64,000 nucleotides of DNA from Raillietiella orientalis. Its lineage: Eukaryota. Location: contig JAYWIR010000001.1 in NCBI GenBank assembly GCA_036172245.1, forward strand, positions 5,642,001 to 5,706,000, read 5' to 3'. This document shows, piece by piece, positions 13,247-25,989 of this stretch. How positions within the stretch are numbered: position 1 is the stretch's first letter; each line of letters opens with the position of its first letter. Made by a program: the position numbers and the translations under genes. Under the pieces are notes generated by a model. That model saw only the letters and a program-made list of their open reading frames with translations. It was not told where the DNA came from and made no database searches.

Positions 13247-13542
13247 TCAACGTCGAACTGAACGGCTCGCGTTCTCTCCACGGCTGGTTTCAGCAAAAAG
13301 GCGACTGCGCACGTGTGCATCGAGCCGCAACGCCAATGCAGCTTGCCACCCGTTATCACTTCAATTTCACTGGACTTCTTTCGCAGAGACCCTGTGGATC
13401 TCTTGAAGAAGCACCGTTGCATGAATGGTCGCAAGGAGGCGGCTGCGTTGCGTCTCCTGCCATCGTCGCGCAGCCCGTTGGCATTCCAAAAGGTTACACT
13501 TAGTCGCCGGCAGGAGCTGAGCGCGCGTGTTACTGCTGCCAT
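13247..13542 (-). pseudogene. ORF2 N-terminus: APE endonuclease start, truncated by an insertion
   Basis: LSVTFWNANGLRDDGRRR (WNxxGL) and GGKLHWRCGSMHTCAVAFLL. Confidence 0.85.
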
Positions 13543-13569
13543 GTCGGTTCTGCGGTTACCACCTGTTGC

Positions 13570-15087
13570 TCAAGTCGGACGGTCGTCAGTGATGAAGGAG
13601 GTAGAAGGATGACCTCTCTCTTCTGCTCCTCCTCCTTCGCCTTTGCTCTTCTTCCGAAGCGAAGGATCCTTTCCTAGGAAGACTCCTGGGAACCAACCTT
13701 CATCTTCTCGATTTCCGGATCTGTTGCCTCCTTTCTCTGGGGAGATGCACCCTTCCCCCGGGCCTTGGGTCTCTTTGAGGCGGTTTCCGTTGCTTCCGCT
13801 TCTCCGCTGGTGCTCACCATATCCAGATCGGAGCTGGAAGCCATGCTGGAGTTGCCCTCCGCGGGGTGCCTCGCTGCCTTTTTTTTTTGAGGCCTTTATT
13901 TTCGAAGGTGTTGGCATCACCACCTTCTCCGAAGAGATGGCAGTAGCGTTGCAATGACCTTCGTTGCTATCGATCGGCTCGTCGATCACTCTCTCCATGG
14001 CTACATTCACGACATTTTCGACCATCGCCTCGATCACGCTAATCTGCTGAAGCGTTGCCTTGCAGTCCTGTGGCTGCTTAGCGATCGCTTTCGCTCTGTA
14101 GAGACTTTTTCCTTTTGAGGGGGGGGGTCCCTTTTTTTTTCGATGTTCCCACTTGTCATCCCGCTTCATAGGTCATTTATTCCCCTCTTTTGGAAGTTTG
14201 TTCTAATGAATTCTGATTTGGTTGCGGTGGACGTCTTTCCTTCCTCTCTTTGCTTCCGCTCCTTTCCTCGCGCAACCTCTTCTCCGGCTTTGCGCTTGGA
14301 ACATCGAGGACAAGTCTTTTTGGGCACACAAACTTTATGTGGGCCTTCAGCCCGCAGCTATGGCAGATAATTTCCGGACACTTTCTCTTCAGGTACCCGG
14401 TTTTATTGCAATGGCTAAATCTCGGTTTCCTGGGGAACCAGAGATCAACGCAAAGTTCCCCGATTTCCATACGGTAAAGAAGCTGCTTCCCTTCGTGTAC
14501 AGTCACCCGTGCTGCAGCCGCGTGGACAAGACGCTAAACAGTCCCTCATACCCGAGCGAAAGTTTGGCTTGACCCAGTACGCGTGGACCGTGGCATATTC
14601 TTTGAGCTGACGGAGGATTTCACGTGCGTCCATCTGCAGCCCTAAGCCTCGTAGGTGGACCACTACTGAGTGATCCGCCGTTTTAGGGTAGAGCCTCTTT
14701 CCTTCGATGGCAATGGGGGTATTCAGCAGTCGCTGAGCGAGAGCTGCCTCTTTGCAGGTCAGCTCAACAACCTCTCCCCCCCACTCACCACAGAAAGTCC
14801 TTCGAGGTCTTCCTTGCCGGCATTCGCGTTGCACAACCCTCCGCGAAGGAACGCTCAATGAACGCTAAGCCTAATCGGCCTACTTTGCAGAGCAGGGCAG
14901 GCCGGTAATTCTGGGTCACGTAGGCTTCCATTCTGCCTGGGCAACGGACGTGGTAGCCGAGACCACTTGCCTTCCCGAGACTTTCTCCATCCTCGGAAGC
15001 GATAGTCTCCGTCTCCATCAGGGTTGGTGGTGAAGTCTTCGCATCACCTCCACCCTCCATAACGGCGATGTTTGGCATTTCTGCCAT
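13570..15087 (-). pseudogene. ORF1 (gag-like nucleic-acid-binding protein) of L1/Tx1-like element, frameshifted
   Basis: Successive frames MAEMPNIAV..., VVVHLRGLG..EILRQLKEYATV (RRM-like), two knuckles SHCNKTGYLKRKC and CHSCGLKAHIKFVC, then a K/E-rich tail ending just before ORF2. Confidence 0.85.
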
Positions 15088-15199
15088 CACGCCGCCACGT
15101 CCACAACCACCACACAAATTTGAAAAAATGCACCACTCGTTGAAATTCAAAGCGAGTAGCAAGTAAGGAAAAGGAAGGATGCTGCAGATTGCGAGAACC

Positions 15200-16700
15200 C
15201 TTTCCCGGTGGTATCTTCAGCGTTTCATCCACTCTGATGCGCAGCAATTGCTCCAGAGGCTGGATCTGGTAGTCAGATGTATGAACAACATTCATCAGCG
15301 CTGGATTCTGAAGGTCGAACTGCTCGACAAGGGTCATTCCTGCCAGAATTGAGAAGCTCCGACGGCTGGAAATCTGCAAGAAGAAACGTCTGCCAGTGGA
15401 GACGAATGCGCACTCGGGATTTTTGTGGTCCAGCTGGATGGAAGCACCAGCGGCAGTTTGGCATAGGATAACAATTCAGATGGAAGAGAATAGTGGTGTT
15501 TCCTCTGCAGTGTTCAGTAAAACACTTTGGTGTGGAAGGCGACTGGGGAGGAGGTAGTGAGTCGTTTCAATTAATCCACTCGGTTAGACAGATTCCGCGA
15601 AGTCATTCTCGTTGGTTGCAGGTTGCCTGAGGATGCCGCCACAGACAACCTGTCCTCACTTGTCAGTTCAGTGTTTACACATTGGAAGCCACCCAGTTCT
15701 TCCTCAAGCCTTGAACTTTTCTTCAGCTGTGCATGTCCTTAAAGCTGCAGCATTCTTACGTAACAGGTCTTTCTTGATGCTCATACGAGATGCCACTTTC
15801 CGGGTATTTGAGCAGATGAAGAGACGCGATTGCTTAATAGTTTCGAGATCTTCGAAGGCAGTCTTGAGTGTGCCCTCTTGAGCAGCCGCCGCAGAATACG
15901 ACACGCTGATCTGCGCGAGAAGTGCACTTGGCGAGACCCGAACTTTCGAATGCTGCGTCGCCACGAAAAAAAAAGACCCCACTTCCGGGGTTCCTAATTT
16001 CGCGGTCGGTTCCGTTCGTGATGACGCACTGTTGTGACTTTTCGTACTTCATCAGGGGATACCATGTTGCAAAAGACGGAGCTGGCTGATGGAGAAGATT
16101 CATGACGAGTACCGTTTGCATGAATCAAACGTGGCTGCTCACTGGGCTTTTCAAATTGAGCTGTGCGCTAGCGACTTGTCTGAAGGGATAATCTTTCACC
16201 TGAGGAGTCATCCCCTAAGATGAAATACTGGTGTTTCATGATACGGTATTCCACCCTTCCGAGCTTTTGATCAATGCCCCCTCTTTTTCCAGAGGACTGG
16301 AACAGTTACGCAGTAACTTATGGGGAATTGAAGCGTGTCTTCGAAACAAAGCAAAAATCCTACCGATTTCAACGACGGCCTTGTAAAATGATCCTTGCGG
16401 ATGCTCGAAGTAAATCTTTTCAAAATGACAAGAGCGAATCGTCGAAAATTACTGTTTCTTCCTCCCCTCCCCTCCCCCTCCCCGTTATGACGAAAGACAT
16501 CATTAAGTTCTCCCTGGTGCTTGTTCAGTTCCGCGCGCGGAAGAGCCGCTCGCAAAAGTGGGTCTGCAGGATTTACGGTGCGTTTGAACACTGGAAGAGC
16601 CAGCGATCCCCGATGCGGGATGTCGAAACCTTTCCTTGAGCCGTCGAAAAGCAAAAATGCAAATCCTCTCCACCGAACCGGAGATTGGGGGATGCGCGCG
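15200..16700 (-). mobile_element. hAT-superfamily transposase remnant
   Basis: Across a frameshift, ELLSYAKLPLVLPSSWTT/NPECAFVSTGR..RRSFSILAGM (15480-15330) resembles the hAT dimerisation domain; LIHANGTRHES near 16110 resembles the TRW motif. Confidence 0.5.
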
Positions 16701-18171
16701 CGCCAGAACGCCTAATCACTGCTCTCGATGATTACAGAATAGCATTACTGTCATTGCTACTACCTTGAGTTAACGGAACATTAAAAGGGTTAATGAGAAA
16801 TGCTGTACTGGTCAATGTGGTTGACAAGGTGGATGATAGGCTCGTTTTCATTTTCCGGATAAATGTTTGTGTTGATACACCCAATCGATTGTTGAGCATT
16901 GTCAGAAAATGGTGGTAAAATGCGATAATAATAAAAAGTTAGTGGATTAAATTAAGGATTGGTTACGAAGACAATAATTTGGCGTGCAATTTTATTGTGT
17001 TTAATTGTAGGGACTAAAATCAAATTGAAAACAGTTGCCAATACGTATAGAACACCCTCAACGCGCCTGTGGATGTGCCCAACTAGGGCTACTTCAATAC
17101 CAGTGGGATTGGGGAATGTGAACTTGACGTACTGATAGGGATCCATTCTGAAAATTTCCCTCGGTAGACTAGTTTAGCATGGAGTCATTTTCCGATGGAA
17201 CGTAAAACACGAACACTTGGTATACATATCACGAAATCGAACTGTACCCATGGAAAAAGAGGAGCAAGTTCATTCGTGAAGCACAAGGAAAATATTTCGG
17301 TACATGTTGGCAGCATTCGAGATGTGAGCAATACTACTGGTGACATCCACTTGAAAGCAGATTTGAAGATCAACTTGATGGTACAAAAACCAACTTGATG
17401 TCACTTGAAAGAACGATCATCTTGAGACTGCTTCATTTCTGATGCCAGCAACTCACATTGCTGGACAGTGGGCTTGCACAAACTGGGTGTTTCGCTACGA
17501 GTAGATATCCTGTAACGTATTATTATTTTATTCCTTTTCTTTCTCGTGAATCGGAGCGTTTCCCATAAGAACTTTTCAGTCGAATCCGTTTCTCACCATG
17601 CATAAAGGATTTACTAAACATTACTGGTACGGATGAATGCCAACGAGCTACAAAGCTGTTTGTTTGCAACTTGGTGTCACCCAATGGTCAAAAAACTTTA
17701 TTGTCAAAGTCCTTGATTTCAAGAACAGTCTATCGTGGCGAATGCTTGTTTTATGCATGTAAGATTCTATTAACGTACTTGATCGTAATTGAAAATATTG
17801 TAAAGCACATGGGATACATTGTGCGTCATTGCATCAAGTGTGTTTACAATAAGCTTGGCATCTTGTATTGCAATTTTTATAATTGTACCTTCAGAAAAGC
17901 AACTCAAGTGTGCTTTGGTTTGTGGAAAGTGCATTTGTGCACAAATATAGAATATTACAAACAAAGACATCACGTATTGTAGTATTACAGGAATCAGGTT
18001 TCCTCCAGTCCGACTTGCGGCGGGGTCAATTTATTTTCTACTTCCATTTATACAAGTCAATGTCACTGGTTTTCACTTTCAGCGTTGGTCTTCGGGCATC
18101 CAGTCACCGAATCGGTGTGGGGACTTCACTCACTTGACAATTATAGGAATCGGTAACACATTTCATCAGAA

Positions 18172-18408
18172 TATTGAGGATTAAACGAAAAGCCAACAAT
18201 AATTACTATTTATAGCATCAAACGAGAGACCAACAATGGTTGCCATTTATAGCATCAAACGAGAGACCAACAATGGTTGCCATTTATAGCATCAAACGAG
18301 AGACCAACAATGGTTGCCATTTATAGCATCAAACGAGAGACCAACAATGGTTGCCATTTATAGCATCAAACGAGAGACCAACAATGGTTGCTATTCATAG
18401 CATCAAAC
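18172..18408. repeat. 37-bp minisatellite
   Basis: Unit tttatagcatcaaacgagagaccaacaatggttgcca starts at 18209, 18246, 18283, 18320 and 18357 (last with one change), plus degenerate flanking units at 18172 and 18394. Confidence 0.97.
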
Positions 18409-18749
18409 CATTAAAAAGTTCCTTCAGCTTAATCACTTTATTGGTTTCATCATTCAGGGAACAATGGTCTGCAGATTTGGGCAGTTCATCGATCGTTTCG
18501 CTTATCTGTGACTCGCCTAAAATAATAGGTTATCCTTGCAACAAACTTTCTCTGAGAAAGGACCAATGGCTTGCCTATTCAATTCACTAGAGCGGATGAT
18601 TGATTTTAATCCAAGTACTGGTGCCAGTAATGAGAGAAAACTAACTACGGTTCACTTGTCATTCCTAGTTGTTGATTTGTGGGATTTCTTCCGATAGGAG
18701 ACGTTTACTTAGAAGATGAAATGATAAATCGTCTAATGGAAAGAATCAC

Positions 18750-19800
18750 TACTACACAGCCCGCTTCTGGATTGGTTTGCCACGATCGCTGTGATCCACT
18801 TATAGCATCTGAACGAATAGAACGAATCTGAACATCCCGCAAACAGTAAGGAAAGAGTTTCAGCAGAGAAAGAAGAGTTCAAATCCTTCTTTTGCTAGGG
18901 ATGTTGCAGTATGAGCTCTGAAAGTGCAATGCTGATCTCGAGTGCCATAGCTACTGGGCCGATGAACGGTTTTAGCAGACGAAGCAAGGAAAATGCCACG
19001 AGGTACTGTGAGCAGAGGCAAACCGAAGCCATTAGCAGAAATTCAATTAAAAAATTGCTCTATTTAATGTATCAGTCTAATGATTTTTCAGAGCATCCTT
19101 CAACTCAAGAGTAGTGCGTGTTGTTCAGCTTCCGATCTGAGCACATACGATCACAAAGAGCATGCAAAATATCGCAAGGTATCTGGGTGCAACATTTCAC
19201 AGAATGGGATGCAAAAATCAGCAGAATGAAACGGATTTTTTTTTTTTTTTTTGATCCGCTTTCCAACATGAGAGAAATCATCAATGAAAACAGAGAAAAG
19301 GGAGAGGGGGCGAAAATAGATAACCTTTCTGCTGCTGCGCAAGCAGTCGTCATTGCTCCCACCCAGCTTCATGTAGTTGCCTCTTCTCGATGCAGCTGGC
19401 AGCACTCGATTGATCCCAAACATGAGAAACGAGAGATCACACGTGATTGCGATCTGGTAACAACCCGAGTGTAGTTGTTTTCGGTTCCAAAACATTCCGA
19501 AGATCTTGTTCTGTAATGTTTTCGATTCTCTCCGCATGCTAGAATTAGTGCTCAGGGGATTCGGACCAGACGCCACTTGGTAACTCATCCATCCACTTTA
19601 TCGAATCTCACCGCGCTCTCTTGCCTCATTGTTCAGGGTCCAGCAGTGGAAAAAAATCTTCTTCGAAATGCCACCCATTGTCATGCGGCATCTTTCGGTT
19701 CCTCACGACGGAGAGCCAAAAAACTGCTTTTTGCCGCTCTGCCTCGGTCCGCGAGCTGAAGACCTGTGGCTGCCTCGTTTCATCACGAGCCTTGCCCCTG
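18750..19800 (-). mobile_element. Possible hAT transposase N-terminal/central remnant
   Basis: QIAITCDL (first catalytic Asp context) and HCTFRAHTATSLAKEGF (C..AH motif context); heavily decayed. Confidence 0.3.
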
Positions 19801-20207
19801 GCTCACGCAGTCTCCAAGGAAACGAGTGAGCCACTCGAGAACCACTGACAAGCTTTCCTCGTCTCCCTGGATGGGAGAAGTTATGGGCAAGATCTCAATC
19901 TGAGGCAGAGGGTCTGGCAGCCCCTGATCTGGCGACAGCGAATTGCGCGCGCGCAATTCGCCAGATTCGCCGTTGGTCTTTTCATTCCGCAGGAGCAGTC
20001 GGGATGGAATCCTCACGCGATCTGGGAGGAGGAAGGCGTGTTTGGAATTCCCAGCCGGACGATCTCCGGAGAAAGGCCGGGATGCCATGCCGCAGAGCGC
20101 CACAGGGCCGTTCGAGGAGTTTCGGCAGGCTAGAGATCCCTCGGCTGTCCCCCTGAGCAGGGAAGAGGAGGAAGAGAGCGAAGGACGAAGTCAGTCAGAC
20201 GAAAGCC

Positions 20208-20319
20208 GATGCTCAGAGTAGCTGTCCGGGCTGGCACAACGGCAGCTCGCTTTGCTCCCTCTGATGCTCAGAGTAGCTGTCCGGGCTGGCACAACGGCAG
20301 CTCGCTTTGCTCCCTCTGA
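20208..20319. repeat. Perfect 55-bp tandem duplication
   Basis: gatgctcagagtagctgtccgggctggcacaacggcagctcgctttgctccctct at 20208 and 20263. Confidence 0.97.
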
Positions 20320-20584
20320 CCCTGGGGCAGCGGCAGCAGGCGGCCAGAGCCAACGCGCGCGTCTCTCGGTGCTCCGCGGCATCTGGTGGTCTGTGGAGGA
20401 ATCTCTGCGGAACACGGAGGGAGGAGGGAGGGAGGGAATGCATGCGCACCGCGATCCGCTCCGTCGAAACGCGACCCCTGGTGCGGTCAGCCTATCCCTC
20501 GGGCAGCGCGGGCGCGGCGGGATCTTACCGACTTCTTTCGTCCGCCTTTTTCCCAGCGCTCGCGACCGGGATTTCGCAGAGTTG

Positions 20585-22110
20585 CTCCGGTCACACCGGG
20601 GCATTTCTTGCAACAACAATAAGCAACCATCGCGGCTACCATGATCCGATTCCACAAAGGAGCTGCCGGGTCGGTCACCTCGGCAGTAGTGGAGAAGGCA
20701 GGGGAAAAATAAAATAAAACAATAAATCACAATAAATAAATAGGAACACTCTGGAGGGACGGAAGGGATCGTAGTCCGCTGGAGGGAGTCTCCTTCATCC
20801 TTCCCAGGATGGCGGCCAAGTCCGCCCGAACAGCGCCCAGGTGCGGCCATCCGACTACTATTCGAAAGAAGCGAACCACAACCTGGATGGCTTCCCTCCC
20901 GTTTCTTCTTCTGTCGGTGTCACTCCAGACCGCCACGATCCTGCAAATGCAGCAGAGAGCTGCTGGGGCTGCAGCTTGCTGCAAAGCATCCGGCACGAAG
21001 AGGAGCCGTAAAACGTCCCTGGGGTTGCCGTCGGGGGGTACCTAGGGTCGCATAAAAGCGTTCCCTTAGAAGCGGGAAGGCAACACTGTCTACTAGCGCC
21101 TGTGGGAGAAACTCTCTCGTGCCCCGCACCTGCGGGCTCACACACTTCTCGGCCTCCAGTGGCGTCGGCGTGCGCTTCAGGGAAAACCCCAGTGCGATAC
21201 CAGAAGTGATGACTCTCACCACTCCAGGGGGAAGACGCTGCTGTCCACAAACACCGGGGAGCACTTTAGGTCTTCTCTGAGAGTACCGAGCTGCTCGCCC
21301 AAGCGTTGGAGTCCTCGCGGAAGGGTACTCGGGGTCGCAGCATCAGCCATCTGCCCCCGCGGTCCATCCACTCGTGATCTTCTTCCTGCCTGCGATCCCA
21401 CAGAGACTTCCCACCTCGGTGGGATGTCGCGGAGAAGGCAGGAAAAACAAGGCGCTGCCCTGGGCCTGCTCCTCTTCTGCCCAGCGGAGAGACCCTGGAC
21501 TGGGATTCCATCTGCCAAGCAACCTCGCTCGATACGCAGAGATCCCGAAGCCACAAAGAGCCTCCTCCTTCCTGGACCCACACCTCTCTGGCAATGAGGA
21601 GCGTGGCCGCCGCTGCCTCGAAAGGGGAGTAGGGTGTGCGCGGTTGCCAGGGGGCAGGCAAATCCCAGAGTACCGCGGGAAGGAGTGCAAAACAGTACGC
21701 AGGGGCCAGTAATTTCCCCAACCCACACACACACCAGGAAGGAGGCAGGTCCAGCGCCTCGTCGAGGAGCACAGATTTGACCACATCGCCGCCTCCTGCC
21801 GGAGAGGGTGAGACCTGCAGAGCCTGGTCGGTGACCCCTGCACTAACGAAGTGTCTCGCATTCAGGCTACTGAATGGGTCCTTGGGTGAAAGGGGGTGCT
21901 GAAAAGAGGTACTATCGCGGACCCCCTGTCACGCACGGCAAATGCACCCGCTCATCTTCCAAGCGGGCCGCGTGAGAGATCTCCGAGGATCCCGTGGTTA
22001 GTCGCATCCTGAGAGGCAGGCAACTGCCCCTCCCTTCCCGCTGCTCCTCTCGGTCCGCGGCAAACCTCTCGAAAGCATGCATCCACCGATGGACCGGCGT
22101 CTGCGCTTTT
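20585..22110 (-). mobile_element. Non-LTR ORF2 C-terminal third plus 3' end
   Basis: QEGGGSLWLRDL (GGLGL motif), zinc-finger region, AALCCICRIVAVWS..WPHLGAVRADL; terminal hairpin at 20609-20585. Confidence 0.85.
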
Positions 22111-22539
22111 GTCCAGACCTCTCCTGTTTCTTTTTTTGTTTTCATTTATGAGCCTCCATACCTTCTAATCCTCCATCCACCCACTCCGTGATGCACCCAC
22201 TCTGAAGAATACTTTGCTTTTAATGCGCGCGTGGCTAGGCGAACATGAGCACCACTTTCGAGCTTTCTTGGTCGTCGTCCTTCGTTCCTCCTCTCCCTCT
22301 TCCCTCTCTCCCTCCTCTTCCTCATCGTCATCATCATCTTCGTCGGCGTTGTCGTTCTTGTAGTGGTAATGAGAGCAGCCACCACTCCTGTCATGACGTC
22401 GCCTTTGAGTTCCAGTTGATACTCCCGTCGAAGCGCGCTGGGACTCCAGCCTCGAAAGATCTCACGAGCTGTACGAGCTTCCATTAAAGAAAGAACGACA
22501 GGATGAAGGGAGCGCAAGAGAAAAAAAAATTCGCTTTAG

Positions 22540-25411
22540 GCTCTGATGCTCAACACTCTTCCTCTTCGCATCCGCTGTACCGACGGCGGGGGAGAACCTT
22601 CCTCGATCGTGAGAGAAGACACTGAAAGAGCAAGTCCTCGCTGGCCAATGCCTAAGAGCAGGGAGGCGAGCAGGGACTCAGGGAGACAGGAGAGAGAGAC
22701 TGCAGTGTTGAGTCTCTGCCTTCTGGAAATACCTCTGTTCAGTCGGAGCTGTGTACCCCCCCCCCATCTCAGAGTCCGTCGATTTCCAATGGGAGAGAGG
22801 GATGAGCATCCATGATTTCCGAGAGCATTCTCTCCGTCCTCGACGCCGTGCTTTGAGCGCGCCATCTGTTTCAGAGCACCGCAACTTGAGAGGGACGGCG
22901 CGGACCGGCAGGCGCAGGCGCCCACGGACGATGCCTGCGAGCTGCATGCACAGCCTCGCCACTGGGAGTTTTGCAGGTCTCGAGTGGAGATACGCACTTG
23001 TGCACATTCAAGCAGCAGCGTGCGCACCAACGCGAACAACTGACTGTTAATCGAGTTCCCCTGGTGACACGAGCCGGAGGCGTCCGTCCGCAGACGGACA
23101 TCCCCCTGCACTGCAGGATGTCGTCTATGGCCGATCCTCCGCTGCTTGTAAGACCTATAAAATGGTCCAGAGGTTTGTGCTACGGTGTCCAAACACCTGG
23201 AACAGATAGGATGGTGTGCCTCTGCTCTTGCTCTACCTCTGATGACCCTTTCACAGAGATCCACTGAGGTTCAGTGGAGACCCAGTAGAAGGCAACCCTG
23301 AGTCCTTCCGTATTCTGCGCTGCTGAAACCGAAAGCGAAGCAGCTTCTGCAAGCGTGTGCGCTGCCGACGCACCAAGAGCGGAACAAAGGAGGAGGCTTT
23401 CTGAGACTAGGTGAGAATGAGGTGGCCTTCAGCGTCCATTATCTTGAGAGCGCAGCAGGGACAATCCGAGCCGGTGCATGACTCGGAGATGCTGTTAAAA
23501 AAAAAAGAAAAAAAGATGAAAGACTCTGCACCAGGAATTAAGAATGCGGCAACTGAGGAGAGTGGCAGACAGCCATCGAAGATGGTTCCTGCCTTTCCCT
23601 CTTTCGGATCTTCTCTTGCCGAGAGACCTCGCGCAGGGACCTCCTTGCGGTATTTCCGAAGGACCTGAGGAAAAGGAGCTGAAAGCGGGTAGCGCGAGTT
23701 GCTGCGGAGACGAGGAAAATCAAAGGGAGCAGCACAACTGTGCGCTCCGGTGAAACGACGGAGACAGTGGGTTCCCCTCTCAGGGTGACCTCATAAGGTG
23801 ACCTGCTCGATGGTTAGCAGTGGAACCTCCTACAGCAAGAACAAGAGAAAACCACTCCTTGTCACTACCCCCCTGAGGAGAACCCTGATGGGACGCTTCC
23901 CATTTTCTCTGCAGGGCGCCCCCTGAAATGTGCAACGCGCTTCTACAGCACCCTAGAAAGGCGAATCCTCGATGGAGGAATCAACCAGTTCCATGGTACG
24001 CGATGGAGGGTCTTCTTCGAGGGGGGTGACAGCCCTATTTGCACTATCGGAGGGGCCGAATCCTGAAGGGAACCGGCTCTTCTTAGTTCCTGGAAGGACC
24101 CCAGAGAGGCCAGTTCCAATCCCGGCCGGTCAGCTGGACATCTGGAGATTTCCGGCTTCCACAAGTGCCGCATTCAAAGACCAACCAGCGTCATCCTGCA
24201 GGCCCCCCATTTCTTGGCGTGGATCCTTCCCCAGGAGGGATTCGAACCCGCAACTCTTCGTGCTATGCGCGAAGACCGCAGTCATGTGGCCGCCAACGGC
24301 GAACTTGGATCCCACTGTGGAGAGAGGCCAATTCTTGCTGGTTGGTTCGGTCAGTCTCACGTGGCGGCCAGTCCTACTTTGAAGCTCCCATTTCGCGCCC
24401 CAGCAGTGCTGAGACCCACTGCCCGCGCGCGACGGAGGTGCGTCCCATCGAACGTCCACGGTGGCTACGGTGGCAAACTTCTTGTCTGTAGCCGATCAAC
24501 TCGAAGTAGCGGGGGGTCACTGCCTCCGTTCCGCGGAACCACCGTGCTGCCACCAGTACAATCCCATCGAAAGCGTTTTCCTGTCCTGGTTGCATGCAGG
24601 CCTTTGAGACTTCGATGGGATGGTCTCCTGGGCAGTCGGATCCCGAAGGAGACCATTTAAGGAGGACCCTGCTACAGATTCCTCCGGAGGAGGTGAGGTG
24701 GCCCCCAGCGTGTCGGGACAGTGCAACTCTCCCCTTAAAGTAACAGGAATCGGTGATCTTGCTGTTGCATTGGAGCCTCCCGTGCAATGTCCGCCGACGT
24801 TACTGGACTCGGGGGAGAGAGTGCGAGCCCCAGCTGCAGCAGGTGTGGAGAAAGAGATAGTTCCTCCCGCACCTGCTCATGGATTGCGTTGCCCTTCGCC
24901 CACCCACCCCGGTGGGGACGCTTTGCCGCGCCCATGCGGTTCCCCGAGGGCAACCCCCGAAACACGTTTTGAAGCGCCTCTTCCTGCGCGATGCCCTTAC
25001 GCCGACCGCATCCCTAGCAGCGCTCTGCTGCCTACGCGGGGTCGTGACTGCATGGAGCAATGACAGGGGAGGCCAGAACGACAGGGCACCATCTATTTGG
25101 CGGTCCTCTTCCTGAAGATGGCGTCAAGATGACCCCGTCTGGGGATATTAAAACAGGAATTTGTCGGCATCCTTTGCAAGATGCTGAGGACGCCCTCCAG
25201 CAGACAGTGATCTCTGCCCGAACCCTAACAAATTTTTTCTGTATTTTTTTTTTTAATTTTTGTTTGCCTCCCCCCCCCCCTCTGCTGACGAGGTGAACGT
25301 CGCCAGCCTGAGCAATGGTCTCGGCAGGTTTCTCTTCTTATATTTGTATTTCTTGTATCACTGACTTGTAAGTTTATTTTATCAAAATGAATGCCCCGGC
25401 GCGACCGGGTG
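22540..25411 (+). mobile_element. Internally deleted L1/Tx1-like element: ORF1, antisense tRNA-like module, APE start, zinc finger, 3' end
   Basis: GLCYGVQTPG knuckle remnant near 23180; AETHC..RGV (APE) 24400-24520; CSRCGER..LAALCCLRGVVTAWS 24830-25060; terminus at 25386-25411. May be a composite of two copies. Confidence 0.7.
24229..24300 (-). pseudogene. tRNA-derived segment (not a functional tRNA)
   Basis: 72 nt GCCGTTGGCGGCCACATGACTGCGGTCTTCGCGCATAGCACGAAGAGTTGCGGGTTCGAATCCCTCCTGGGG: intact B box GGTTCGAATCC, anticodon-like stem, broken acceptor stem. Confidence 0.7.
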
Positions 25412-25985
25412 TCAATCCAACGCGGACACGAACTGTTCCAAATGCGGGGAGCGCGCGAATCCCTCCCGCATCTGCTTGTGGATTGTGTTGCCCTTTGGTC
25501 CTTCTGGAAACGAGACCCTACGAACCCCGGCGGGAATTTCAGGGACTCTTCACGACCCCTCCTCCTACGCGACGTCCTTCGGCCGGCAGACTCGCTAGAA
25601 GCTCTTTGCTACGAGGGATCGTCGCTGCCTGGAGCCACGCAAGAGGAGGGCGTAGGGCGACAGGAGTGGCACATTTTGCCGTCGCTTCATGAGGAAAGCA
25701 CTTATGCAACAAGAGCTTACTAGCATCCTGCAGAGGATGCGGAGTACCATCCTCAGCAGCACGTGACCCCATCCCATACCCCCTCCAATATGTCCATTTA
25801 TTTGTTTTGTTTCTTTTTGTTTGTACCCCCCCCCTCTTTTGCTGCCGTGACGGAACTCACCGGTGTGCGAACCAGTAACGTGGCAGGTTCCCGTTAAATT
25901 ACAGGTGGTTTAACCACTGGTCCTCAAACAAAGATTACGATTGTTTAAAATAAACAAAAAGAAATGCTCCAGCGCATCCGGGCTA
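25412..25985 (+). mobile_element. Non-LTR 3' end fragment
   Basis: CSKCGER/ESLPHLLVDCVAL, LRGIVAAWS, 3'UTR stem, degenerate terminus aaatgctccagcgcatccgggct near 25962-25984. Confidence 0.85.
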
Positions 25986-25989
25986 CAAT

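Noticed and set aside
13221-13250. Helitron 3' end
   Set aside because: The hairpin is not followed by CTRR and is always attached to non-LTR ORF2/3'UTR sequence.
17185-17973. PCNA-like gene on the minus strand
   Set aside because: Only vague resemblance in two short ORFs; no conserved PCNA motifs or plausible exon chain.
18172-18408. CRISPR array
   Set aside because: Units are contiguous with no unique spacers, there are no cas genes, and the context is eukaryotic.
24229-24300. Functional tRNA gene
   Set aside because: The acceptor stem and D arm are broken and the segment is embedded in a multicopy retroelement.
25283-25330. Hammerhead ribozyme (ctgacgag..gaac)
   Set aside because: Other copies read CTGCCGAG, and the GAAA core and three-stem layout are not evident.
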